Source of the DNA: Paraoceanicella sp.
Lineage (GTDB): Bacteria > Pseudomonadota > Alphaproteobacteria > Rhodobacterales > Rhodobacteraceae
Reading direction: 5' to 3'
Assembly: GCA_031399375.1 (NCBI GenBank)
Contig: JANNOT010000278.1
Location: 1-34,857, forward strand
DNA length: 34,857 bases
The position numbers were made by a program, and so were the translations under genes. The notes beneath the pieces were generated by a model, which saw only the letters and a list, made by a program, of their open reading frames with translations, did not search any database and was not told the origin of the DNA. This document shows, piece after piece, positions 17,881 through 27,075 of the stretch (position 1 is the first letter of the stretch; each line of letters opens with the position of its first letter).

Positions 17881-20558
17881 CGCCGAGGGCCGCCCGGATC
17901 CCGAAAGCCTGCTGGCCGAGGTCGAGCGGGCGGGGCGCGGGCGGCTGAAGATCTTCCTCGGCGCCGCGCCCGGCGTGGGCAAGACCTTCGCCATGCTGCG
18001 CGCCGCCCGGGTCGCAAAGCGCGACGGGCTCGACGTGGCGATCGGCGTGGTCGAGACCCATGGGCGGCGCGAGACCGAGCGCCTGCTGATCGGGCTCGAG
18101 ACCGTGCCCCGCAAGGTCATCGCCTATCGCGGCCGGAGCCTGCCGGAGATGGACCTCGACGCCATCCTCGCCCGGCGGCCGCGCCGCGCCCTGGTGGACG
18201 AACTCGCCCATTCCAATGTCGAGGGCAGCCGCCACCCCAAGCGCTGGCAGGATGTCGAGGAACTGCTGGCCGCGGGCATCGACGTGGACACGACGCTGAA
18301 CGTCCAGCACCTCGAAAGCCTCAACGACATCGTGGAGCGCATCACGGGCGTGAAGGTGCGCGAGACCGTGCCCGACGCGGTGCTGGAGGAGGCGGACGAG
18401 ATCGAGGTGGTCGATCTTTCGCCCGAGGACCTCCAGAAGCGGCTGCGGGCGGGCAAGGTCTACGTGCCCGACCAGGCGGAGCGCGCGATCACCCGGTTCT
18501 TCAGCCGCGGCAACCTGACCGCACTGCGCGAGATGGCGCTGCGCGCCGCGGCCGAGCGGGTGGACCGCGAGATGCTCGATTACATGCGCGCCCATGCCGT
18601 GGGCGGCGCCTGGCCGACCCGGGACCGGATCCTGGTGTGCCTGGAGGGGTCCGCCTCGGCCGAGCGGCTGGTGCGCACGGCCAAGCGGATGGCCGAGCGC
18701 AGCCGCGCGCCCTGGATCGTGCTGCACCTGGTCGACAGCCCCGGGGGCGAGGCCGAGGCCGCGGCGGACAAGGCGCTCGCGCTCGCCGAGGCCCTGGGGG
18801 CGGAAACCGAGACCCTGGTGGCCGCGGGGCGTGCGCCGGACGCGATCCTCGATTTCGCCCGGGCGCGCAACGTGACCCGGATCGTGGTCGCGCGGGGCGG
18901 GCGGGCCACGCGCTGGTCGCTCTCGCCCCCGCTGCACCGCGCGCTCATCGCCTTCGGGACCGGGTTCGAGGTGACGGTGGTCGCCGCCGATGACGGCCGC
19001 GATCCCGCCCGCCGCGGCCGTGCCGCGGTGCTGGAACCCGGGCATCTGCGTCCCTACGCCCTGGGCGCGCTCTTTGCCGCGCTCGCCGTGCCCGTCGCCT
19101 GGGGCGTGGACCAGGTCCTGCCGCTCGCCAATCTCAGCCTCGTGTTCCTCAGCGCGGTGCTCGCGACCGCGAGCTTCGGGCGGGTGGGGGCCGCGGTGCT
19201 GACCAGCCTGCTCTCGTTTGCCGCCTACAATTTCTTTTTCACCGAGCCGCGGTTCACCTTCGCCATGACCCAGGGCAGCGACGTGCTGACGCTTGCCTTC
19301 TTCCTTGCGGTCTCCCTGGTGATCGGGGTGCTCGGCGCCCGGCTGAACCGGCAGGTCGCGGCGATGCGCACCGCGGCGCGCCAGACCCGCGCGCTCTACG
19401 AATTCACCCGCCGGGCGTTGACGGCCACGACCGACTACGACATGGCCTGGACGATCGTGAGCCATGTGCACGCCTCGCTCGGCACCGATGCCGTCCTGCT
19501 TGCCCCCGACCCCGATGCGCGGCTGACGGTCGTGGCGGGGATGCCGCCCATCGACACGCTCGACCCCCGGGGCGACGGCGGCGGCGGATTATGCCTGGCG
19601 CCAGCGGACCCGCGCGGGGTGGTCGACCGACACCCTGCCCGCCAGCCCCTGGCTGTTCCTGCCGCTGACCGTGGGGGACCGCGCGCTCGGCGTGCTGGGC
19701 GTCAGCCGCGAGCGGCCGGGGCCGCGGCTCGGGGCGCCCGACCGCCGCCTGCTCGACACCCTCGCCGACCAGGGCGCGCTGATCCTCGAGCGCGGCCGGA
19801 TGATCGCCGAGGCGGCCGAGGCGCAGCGCTACAGCCAGACCGAGCGGCTGCGTACGGCGCTTCTCTCCTCGATCAGCCACGATCTGCGCACCCCGCTCGT
19901 GACCATCATCGGCGCGGTCTCGAGCCTCCAGGCGCTGGGGTCGCAATTGCCTGCGGGGGACCGGGAGGATCTTCTGGACCAGGTCGCGGTCGAGGCCGCG
20001 CGGCTGAACCGCCATATCCAGAACCTGCTCGACATGACGCGACTCGGCTACGGCGCGGTCGCGATCCGGCGCGAGTGGATCGATACCGGCGACCTGATCG
20101 AGAGCGCGCGCGACCGCCTTGCCGCGCGGCTGACCGATGTGCCGGTGACGGTGGAGATCGACCCGGGGGCGGCCCTGATCCACGCCGATCCAACCCTGAT
20201 CGAGCAATGCCTCGTGAACCTTCTCGACAATGCTGCCCGCTACGCCCCGCCCGGCACCGCGGTGGCACTGCGCGCGACCCGCCAGGGCGACATCACGACC
20301 CTCAGCGTCGCCGACCGCGGCCCCGGGGTGGCGCCGGAGCTGCGCGAGCGCATCTTCGAGATGTTCTTCCGGGTCGAGGCCGGGGACCGGCGGGGCGAGG
20401 GCACGGGCCTTGGCCTTGCCATCGTGCGCGGTTTCACCGAGGCCATGGGGGGCAGCGTGCGGGTGGAGGAGGGGCCCGCGGGAGGTGCCGTCTTTGCCAT
20501 CGACCTGCCCCAGCCCGCCCTGCCGGTCCTGCCGCGCGAGACCGCCCATGCCGGATGA
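17873..20558 (+). pseudogene. kdpD: Sensor histidine kinase KdpD with a +1 frameshift at about 19564-19572 (sequencing error or real lesion)
   Basis: The first frame carries LKIFLGAAPGVGKT, LVDELAHSN, HPKRWQDV, the Usp domain and 4 TM helices up to IDTLDPR. The rest of the GAF domain (AWRQRTRAGWSTDTLP.SPWLFLPL), the H-box SISHDLRTPL, NLLDNA and GTGLGL lie in the shifted frame ending at 20558. Confidence 0.9.
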
Positions 20559-21255
20559 GGGGCCCCTGATCCTGGTGGTCGATGACGACCCGGGGATCCG
20601 CAAGTTCCTGCGCATCAGCCTGACCGCCTCGGGCTACCGGGTGGACGAGGCGCGGACGGGTGAGCAGGCGCTCGCCCGCGCGGCGACCGAGGGTCCGGCG
20701 CTCGTCATCCTCGACCTCGGCCTGCCCGACATCGACGGGCGCGCGGTGGTCGAGCGGCTGCGCGCCTGGTCGGCCGCGCCCGTGCTTGTGCTCTCGGTCC
20801 GCTCGGGCGAGGCGGAGAAGGTCGCGGCGCTCGACGCGGGCGCGGATGACTTCGTCGTGAAGCCGTTTGGCATCCGCGAGCTTCTGGCCCGCATCCGCGT
20901 CCTGCTGCGCAGCCGCGCCACCCCGGCCGCCGACAGCCCCGCCGTCCTGCGGCACGAGGGGCTGACGGTCGATCTGGCTGCGCGGACCGTCACGCTCGAC
21001 GGCGCGGGCGTGGCGCTTTCGCGGCGCGAGTTCGACCTGCTGGCACTGCTCGCGCGCAATGCGGGCAAGGTGCTGACCCAGCGGTTCCTGCTGTCCGAGC
21101 TCTGGGGTGCGGCCCATGCCGAGGATACCCAGTACCTCCGGGTCTATGTCGGCCAGCTGCGCCAGAAGCTCGGCGACACCGCGGCGCGCCCGCGCTTCAT
21201 CCGCACCGAGCCCGGGATCGGCTACCGCTTTCCTGGCGACACGCTCAGTCCTTGA
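20548..21255 (+). CDS. kdpE: Response regulator KdpE (OmpR family)
   Basis: LVVDDD, ILDLGLPDIDG, ALDAGADDFVVKPF, YLRVYVGQLRQKL and TEPGIGYRF. Confidence 0.95.
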   Translation: MPDEGPLILVVDDDPGIRKFLRISLTASGYRVDEARTGEQALARAATEGPALVILDLGLPDIDGRAVVERLRAWSAAPVLVLSVRSGEAEKVAALDAGADDFVVKPFGIRELLARIRVLLRSRATPAADSPAVLRHEGLTVDLAARTVTLDGAGVALSRREFDLLALLARNAGKVLTQRFLLSELWGAAHAEDTQYLRVYVGQLRQKLGDTAARPRFIRTEPGIGYRFPGDTLSP

Positions 21256-22126
21256 CCAGAAGGACGAGCGCCCCGAGCGTCGCCGCCGTGCCCAGCAGCA
21301 CCGGTGCTGCGACCCAGCCATGGCCGAGCGCCCCTTCCCACAGCATGACCACGCTGGGCACGAGATAGGTGTAGGCCATGACCTTGGACGAGGGCAGGCG
21401 CAGGCTGGCGAACTGGAGGAGAAAGAAGGTGACGGCCGTCGCCACGACCGCGGTGTAGAGGATCGTGACCCAGACGATCCCCGGCAGCGCCGCCAGATCG
21501 GTCGCCACGAGCGCCCGGGCCCCCCACGCGGCCAGCACGGCGAAGGCCGCGGCAAGCGTGAGGGTGGTGAAGACGAGCACCGGCTCGCCCCGGTTCAGCC
21601 GCCGCACCAGCGGCGTGTAGAGCGCGTGGGCCGCACAGCCGACAAAGAAGATCGCCTCGCCCCGGCCGATCTGGAACGCCAGCACGGCGGGCAAGTCGGC
21701 GCGAAAGATCACCCAGATCGCCCCGACCGCGGCGAGGATCAGCGCGAGCACGATCCGCGTCGTCGGGACCTGCCCCAGCAGCGCCCATCCGAACAGCGCC
21801 GACAATGCGGGGGTCAGGGTGAACACCGCCCCCGTCGCCACCGGATCGGCGATGCGGAGCGCCACGAACATCAGCACGAAATAGATCGCCAGAAGCCCGC
21901 CGAGCAGCGCGTAGCGCCAGGGCGCGCACAGATGTTCGCGCCGCAGGCGTCCCGCGGCCAGCCCCGCCATGATCCCCGTCGCAAGCGCAAACCGCACGGC
22001 GTTCAGCGCCGCGGGATCCATGTGCGGTGCCGCAAGACCACCGAGGCTGAACGATCCCGCGACGAGCAGCGCGAATGCCAGCATGGCGGCATGACCCCGC
22101 AGGGCGTCGGCACGGGTGGTGGTCAT
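21245..22126 (-). CDS. DMT/EamA family transporter
   Basis: 293 aa with about 10 TM helices; LNAVRF and KVMAYTYLVP. Overlaps the kdpE 3' end convergently by 11 nt. Confidence 0.88.
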   Translation of the reverse strand: MTTTRADALRGHAAMLAFALLVAGSFSLGGLAAPHMDPAALNAVRFALATGIMAGLAAGRLRREHLCAPWRYALLGGLLAIYFVLMFVALRIADPVATGAVFTLTPALSALFGWALLGQVPTTRIVLALILAAVGAIWVIFRADLPAVLAFQIGRGEAIFFVGCAAHALYTPLVRRLNRGEPVLVFTTLTLAAAFAVLAAWGARALVATDLAALPGIVWVTILYTAVVATAVTFFLLQFASLRLPSSKVMAYTYLVPSVVMLWEGALGHGWVAAPVLLGTAATLGALVLLVKD

Positions 22127-22192
22127 CGCCCCTCGGGATGCAAGCGCATCCCTTTCTCGCAGGTCGAGCCGCCCGGGGAAAGCCCGTCCCGC

Positions 22193-22462
22193 TCAGCGCG
22201 GCTTCAGGCAGTCATGCATCGTCGCCGTCATTGCGTTGTCAATCTCGAGCATCGCCCGGATCATCTGGGCCGGCGGGACGCCCGGGGTTTCGCGCACCGC
22301 GAGGTGCCTGAGACAGGCGAGACCCGTCAGCGCGAGAGCCCGGTAGATGGCCAGTGCCATCTGCGGCTCGACCGCATCGCGCGTCGCCACCGCCTTGATC
22401 TGCTCGAGGATGGCGGGCATTTCGCCCGCATCGCCGTCCATGAGACGCAAGTCTGACCACAT
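22193..22462 (-). CDS. Small hypothetical protein (82-89 aa; start at 22441 or 22462)
   Basis: MDGDAGEMPAILEQIKAVATRDAVEPQMALAIYRALALTGLACLRHLA... Codons mostly end in G/C, and an AT-richer promoter-like region lies upstream. Confidence 0.5.
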   Translation of the reverse strand: MWSDLRLMDGDAGEMPAILEQIKAVATRDAVEPQMALAIYRALALTGLACLRHLAVRETPGVPPAQMIRAMLEIDNAMTATMHDCLKPR

Positions 22463-22506
22463 GAAGATTTGTCCAACCCTGTGAGCGGAAGCATACAACC
22501 CGACAA

Positions 22507-22534
22507 ATTGTGCATATTCACCGCCGCAGTGCAA
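22507..22534 (-). promoter_or_regulatory. Putative sigma70 promoter for the orphan ORF
   Basis: Minus-strand TTGCAC-N16-CACAAT within a locally AT-richer stretch. Confidence 0.35.
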
Positions 22535-22562
22535 CCTTGACGCGTAGTGTCGGACAGGAATT

Positions 22563-23417
22563 TCACGCTGCGGGAGAACCTGACCAGCTCAGGCGATAGA
22601 ACGCGCATGCGGTCCCGCCAAATACGGCGGCCTTGTCTTTGGGTGCCACAAAATCTTGTGCCATTGCCCACCACGCCCCGTACTCGCCCCGCAGGCGAAC
22701 CACCGGCCAGTCCGATCCCCACATGACCCGTGCGGGTCCGAAGGCGGCGAGGACATGGGCGGCATAGGGCGCGATGTCCGATGCGGTGCTGCCGGGTGCC
22801 GCTTCGGTCCAGAGACCCGAGAGCTTGCAGAACGCGGCCGTTTCCCGCGCCATCCGCGACATGCCGTCCGCCCAGGCGGCCATGGTCGCGGATCCGTCAC
22901 GGATCCCCGGCTTCATCGCGTGGTCGATGACCGCGCGCAGACCGGGGCGGGCGGACAGCACGCGCAGGAAATTCGGCAAGTGCTGCGGAAATCCCAGCGC
23001 GTCGAGGGTCAGACCCCGCTCCTCCAGCGCATCGAAGGCCCAGGCAATGTCGGGGCGCAGCATCCAGTCCAGGTCGGCGATGTCCTGGATCATCGGGCGC
23101 ACGCCCTTGAACTTCGGATGTCGCGCGAGCCGGTCGAGCGCGCGGCGCGCGCCCCTGTCCTCGAAGTCGATCCAGCCCACCACGCCCAGGACCGAGGGCG
23201 TCGCGTCGGCGACCCCCAGCATGTACTCGGTCTCGGCCACGCTCGGCGCGGCCTGGACGAGGACGGTCCCGTCCACCCCCGCGGCGGCAAGCGCAGGCGC
23301 AAGATCGGCGGGGTGGTAGGGGCGGCTCAGGACGGGGTCGTCCTTGGGCATCCAGCCGTAATCGCCGCGTGCGGGGTGCCAGTAGTGCTGGTGGGCATCG
23401 ACGAGACGGGGGGGCAT
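22563..23417 (-). CDS. Amidohydrolase_2 family, L-fuconolactonase-like sugar lactonase
   Basis: VDAHQHYW, GTVLVQAA, GVVGWID, KGVRPMIQ, VIDHAMKP, CKLSGL.TEA and FGPARVMWGSDWPV. TGATG coupling to the upstream AKR. Confidence 0.88.
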   Translation of the reverse strand: MPPRLVDAHQHYWHPARGDYGWMPKDDPVLSRPYHPADLAPALAAAGVDGTVLVQAAPSVAETEYMLGVADATPSVLGVVGWIDFEDRGARRALDRLARHPKFKGVRPMIQDIADLDWMLRPDIAWAFDALEERGLTLDALGFPQHLPNFLRVLSARPGLRAVIDHAMKPGIRDGSATMAAWADGMSRMARETAAFCKLSGLWTEAAPGSTASDIAPYAAHVLAAFGPARVMWGSDWPVVRLRGEYGAWWAMAQDFVAPKDKAAVFGGTACAFYRLSWSGSPAA

Positions 23418-24439
23418 CACGGCGTGGGCGCGTCGGCGCGCAGAAGCCCCTGCGCCTTCAACTCGGCCCAGAGCGCGTCGGGGATCGCCACGTCCATCAC
23501 CGCACGGTTCGCCCGAATCTCGGCCACCGACTGGCCCCCCGGCAGCACGTTGACGACGGCGGGGTGCAGGAGGGGGAAGCGTAGCGCCGCCTCGATCAGC
23601 CGGACGCCGTGGCTCTCGCACACCGCCTCGATGGCCTGCACCCGCGCGATGATCTCGGGCGGCGCGGGGTCGTAGTTGTAATAGGCACCCTGCCGCGGGC
23701 CCGTGGCGAGGATGCCGGAATTGTACGGGCCGCCGAGCACGATCCCGATGCCGCGCCGCTCGCAAAGCGGCAGGAAGCTGTCGAGCGCCGTCTGCTCGAG
23801 GAGGGTGTAGCGCCCGGCGAGGAGGAAGAGGTCGAAATCCCCCCGCTCCGCCAGGGTCTGGCACACCTCCCACTCGTTGATCCCGCCGCCGATCGCCTTC
23901 ACCACGCCCTGGTCGCGCAAGCTCAGGAGCGCGTAGTAGCCGCCCCGCATGAACTGATCGACATAATGGTCGGACCGCGCCTTGGTCCCGTGGGTGAAGA
24001 TGCACAGATCATGGGCATAGAGGATGTCCACCCGGTCGATGCCGAGCCGCTCGAACGAGATCTCGAAGGACCGCATCACCCCGTCATAGGAATAGTCGAA
24101 CACCTCGCGCCGGTTGGGCACGTCGAACCACTTGCCGACGCCCGTGCGCTGGTCCGGCGGGGCGACCTGCATCAGCCGACCGACCTTGGTCGAGATCACG
24201 TAGTCGTCCCGCGTCTTGCCGCGGAGCATGCGGCCGAGCCGCCGCTCCGACAGGCCCAGCCCGTAGAGCGGCGCGGTATCGAAGTAGCGCACGCCCCCCT
24301 CCCACGCCGCCTCGAGCGCCGCATGGGCATCGTCGTCCGACAGCCCGCGATAGAGGTTGCCGAGCGGGGCCGTGCCGCAGCCGAGGGGGGTGAAGTCGAT
24401 CCCCCCGTTCTCGATGCGCTGCCAATGCTGCCTGTCCAT
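23417..24439 (-). CDS. Aldo/keto reductase, D-threo-aldose (L-fucose/L-galactose/D-arabinose) 1-dehydrogenase-like
   Basis: G.GTAPLGNLY, YFDTAPLYGLGLSERRLG, ISTKVGR, FDYSYDGVMRS, LLAGRYTLLEQ and GGPYNSGILA. Confidence 0.88.
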   Translation of the reverse strand: MDRQHWQRIENGGIDFTPLGCGTAPLGNLYRGLSDDDAHAALEAAWEGGVRYFDTAPLYGLGLSERRLGRMLRGKTRDDYVISTKVGRLMQVAPPDQRTGVGKWFDVPNRREVFDYSYDGVMRSFEISFERLGIDRVDILYAHDLCIFTHGTKARSDHYVDQFMRGGYYALLSLRDQGVVKAIGGGINEWEVCQTLAERGDFDLFLLAGRYTLLEQTALDSFLPLCERRGIGIVLGGPYNSGILATGPRQGAYYNYDPAPPEIIARVQAIEAVCESHGVRLIEAALRFPLLHPAVVNVLPGGQSVAEIRANRAVMDVAIPDALWAELKAQGLLRADAPTP

Positions 24440-24529
24440 GGAAGCTCCCCCGATCCTGCCCGCGCTTGCGGCGGCCCGGCCCTTGATCCTACAAGGGGAG
24501 GGGCGGCGCAAGGGTCGGGGGACGGGCGG

Positions 24530-25447
24530 GTGAGCGTCACGATACTGGGGATCTTCGTCGCCGACGTGGCGTTTCGTGCCACCCGCCAACCCGCGATGGG
24601 CGAGACGATCCTGGGCGAGGACTTCAGGCTGGGCCCCGGGGGCAAGGGCTCGAACCAGGCCGTCGCCGCCGCCATGGCCGGGGGTCGGGTCACGTTCCTG
24701 TCCACCATCGGCGCGGACGATTTCGGCGCGATCGCCAAGGCGACCTGGGCGCGGGCCGGGGTGACGCCCCGGGTGCGCGAGCTTGCAGATACCGGCACCG
24801 GGGCTGCCTACATTTTCGTCAGCAGCCAGACCGGCGACAACGCGATCATCGTCTATCCCGGCGCCGCGGGCACGATCACCGCCGCCGATGTCGAGGCAGA
24901 GGCGGCGGCCATTCAGGGCGCGCGGGTGTTCATGACCCAGCTCGAACAGCCCGTCGCCGCCGCACTGCGCGGCCTGCAGATCGCGCGGGACGCGGGCGTC
25001 ACGACCATCCTAAACCCAGCGCCCGCGGCGGTACTGCCGCCCGAAATCTACCCGCTCTGCGACTACCTCACCCCCAACGAGAGCGAGGCGGCCGCCCTGA
25101 CCGGCCTGCCCGTCACCTCGCTGCCCGAGGCGCAGGCGGCGGCGGACGCGTTGCTTGCCCTCGGCGTCGGCGTCGCGGTCGTGACGCTGGGGGCCGAGGG
25201 CGTGCTGCTGCGCGGGCGCGGCATCGACACCCATGTGCCGAGCTTTCGCGTGGGCGCCGTCGTCGACACGACCGGCGCGGGCGATGCCTTCAACGGCGGG
25301 TTTGCCACGGCCCTGGCCGAGGGCGCGGACCCCGTCGCCGCCGCGCGGTTCGGTTGCGCCGTCGCGGGCATCTCGGTCACGCGGTCCGGCACCGCGCCAT
25401 CCATGCCCACGCGCGCCGAGGTGGACGCGCTGCTGAAAGGAGCCTGA
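24530..25447 (+). CDS. rbsK: Ribokinase (PfkB family)
   Basis: GTG start; GETI.G, GPGGKGSNQAVA, QLEQP, ILNPAPA, TPNESEA and DTTGAGDAFNGG. Confidence 0.88.
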   Translation: MSVTILGIFVADVAFRATRQPAMGETILGEDFRLGPGGKGSNQAVAAAMAGGRVTFLSTIGADDFGAIAKATWARAGVTPRVRELADTGTGAAYIFVSSQTGDNAIIVYPGAAGTITAADVEAEAAAIQGARVFMTQLEQPVAAALRGLQIARDAGVTTILNPAPAAVLPPEIYPLCDYLTPNESEAAALTGLPVTSLPEAQAAADALLALGVGVAVVTLGAEGVLLRGRGIDTHVPSFRVGAVVDTTGAGDAFNGGFATALAEGADPVAAARFGCAVAGISVTRSGTAPSMPTRAEVDALLKGA

Positions 25448-25448
25448 G

Positions 25449-25898
25449 ATGCTGAAAGGTCTCGATCCCCTGCTGACCGCCGAGGTGCTCTATGTCCTGC
25501 GCGCCATGGGGCATGGCGACGAGCTGGTGATCTCGGACACCAACTTCCCCGCGGCCTCGGTTGCGGCCACAACGGTGCATGGCGATCTTCTGCGCATCGG
25601 AGCGAACGCGCCCCGCGCCGTGCGGGCGGTCCTGTCGGTGTTCCCGCTCGACAGCTTCGTCGACCACCCCGCGTCGCGGATGGAAGTGGTGGGCGAGCCC
25701 GCCCGGATCGAACCGGTGATGGCCGAGGTTCAGGCCGAGATCGACGCCGCCGAGGGGCGGCCCTGGGCGCTGGGGCCTGTGGAGCGCTTTGCCTTCTACG
25801 ACCGGGCGAAGCAGGCCTTCGCCGTGATCCAGACCGACGAGCGGCGGTTCTACGGTTGCTTCATCCTCAAGAAGGGCGTGATCCCCCCCGACGCTTGA
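25449..25898 (+). CDS. RbsD/FucU family sugar mutarotase
   Basis: MLKGLDPLL, MGHGDELVISDTNFP, VERFAFYDRAK and YGCFILKKGVI; FucU-like. Confidence 0.92.
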   Translation: MLKGLDPLLTAEVLYVLRAMGHGDELVISDTNFPAASVAATTVHGDLLRIGANAPRAVRAVLSVFPLDSFVDHPASRMEVVGEPARIEPVMAEVQAEIDAAEGRPWALGPVERFAFYDRAKQAFAVIQTDERRFYGCFILKKGVIPPDA

Positions 25899-25979
25899 CG
25901 GGACGCCAGACGGGCCGGGCCTTCCCCTTCGTGCGCGGATCCCGTATCTGCCCGGGCGACGGGACAGGCGGGGGCGCGG

Positions 25980-27074
25980 ATGGCCGAACGGTTCGACGTG
26001 GCGATCGTGGGCGGCGGCATCGCGGGCGCCTCGCTCGCCTATTTCCTCGCCCCCGATCGCACGGTCATGCTGCTGGAGGCCGAGGAGCATCTTGGCACCC
26101 AGTCCACTGGGCGCTCGGCTGCCGAATACACCCAGCGGTTCCATTCCCCGGTCGCGGCGCGCCTGACGCGGGCAAGCGCAGGCTTCTTCGCCAGCCCACC
26201 TGACGGCTTCGCGACCATTCCCCTGCTGCGGCGGCGCGGGAACCTGGTGATCGCGGGGCCGGAGAAGGTGGATCGCTTCGCGGCAGTGCTTTCGGCGGAG
26301 ATGGCCGCCGACACGCCCGTCGAACCCCTGACGGTGCAAGCTGCGCAGGAGAAGGTCCCGTTTCTGAACCCCGACTACGTCCGGGGTGCCTTCTACGATC
26401 CCGACTGCTGGGACGTGGAGGTCGAGACGCTGTTCCAGGGCTTCTGGAAAGGCGCCAAGGCCGCGGGGGCCGTACTGCGCACCCGGGCGGGGCTGACCGG
26501 AGCGCGGCATGAGGGCGGCTGGGTACTGGAGACGGCGGCGGGCGAGGTGCGGACGGATATCGTGGTGAATGCCGCGGGGGGTTGGGCGGACCGGGTGGCG
26601 GAGATCCTCGGCGCAGCCCCCCTCGGCCTCGTCCCCCACCGGCGCACGATGATCAGCGTCGCGGCGCCCGGGTACGACGTCGCCGGGATGCCCGAGGTCA
26701 ACGAGGTGGACGAGGCGTTCTATTTCAAGCCCGACGCGGGCCACCTGATCGTGAGCCCAGCCGACGAGACCCCCGTGGCGCCGCATGATGCCTGGGCCGA
26801 GGAGATCGACATCGCCACCGCCGCCTGGCACCTGGGCGAATGCACCACGCTCGATGTCCGGCGCGTGCTGCATTCCTGGGCGGGGCTGCGCACCTTCGCC
26901 GCCGACCGGGTGCCGGTCGTCGGCTTCTCCGCCCGGGTCCACGGCCTCTTCTGGCTCGCGGGCCAGGGCGGGTCCGGGATCCAGACCTCGCCCGCACTGG
27001 GACGGCTCGCGGCGGACATCCTGCTCGGGCGCGCCGCGGACCCCGACCTCTCCCCCGCCCGACTGGGGGGCTGA
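25980..27074 (+). CDS. FAD-dependent D-amino acid dehydrogenase, D-arginine dehydrogenase (DauA)-like
   Basis: GGGIAG dinucleotide fold, STGRSAA.Y, FF.SPP.GF, VVNAAGGWAD, FYFKPDAG, SPADETP, WAGLRTF and FWLAGQGG.GIQTS, as I recall from Pseudomonas DauA. Confidence 0.8.
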   Translation: MAERFDVAIVGGGIAGASLAYFLAPDRTVMLLEAEEHLGTQSTGRSAAEYTQRFHSPVAARLTRASAGFFASPPDGFATIPLLRRRGNLVIAGPEKVDRFAAVLSAEMAADTPVEPLTVQAAQEKVPFLNPDYVRGAFYDPDCWDVEVETLFQGFWKGAKAAGAVLRTRAGLTGARHEGGWVLETAAGEVRTDIVVNAAGGWADRVAEILGAAPLGLVPHRRTMISVAAPGYDVAGMPEVNEVDEAFYFKPDAGHLIVSPADETPVAPHDAWAEEIDIATAAWHLGECTTLDVRRVLHSWAGLRTFAADRVPVVGFSARVHGLFWLAGQGGSGIQTSPALGRLAADILLGRAADPDLSPARLGG

Positions 27075-27075
27075 G

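Noticed and set aside
19671-20558. Stand-alone histidine kinase or naturally split KdpD
   Set aside because: The break falls in the middle of the GAF domain, a single-base deletion restores a seamless protein, and there is no convincing RBS at 19671.
22570-22606. GCGGGAGA...CTCAGGCGATAGAAC resembling the ends of a glycine riboswitch aptamer
   Set aside because: Far too short, lacks the GCCGAAG core, and lies antisense within the 3' end of the lactonase gene. It is only a 5-bp hairpin (CCTGA/TCAGG).
24483-24496. Possible FNR box beginning TTGAT
   Set aside because: The second half-site is CAAGG rather than ATCAA.
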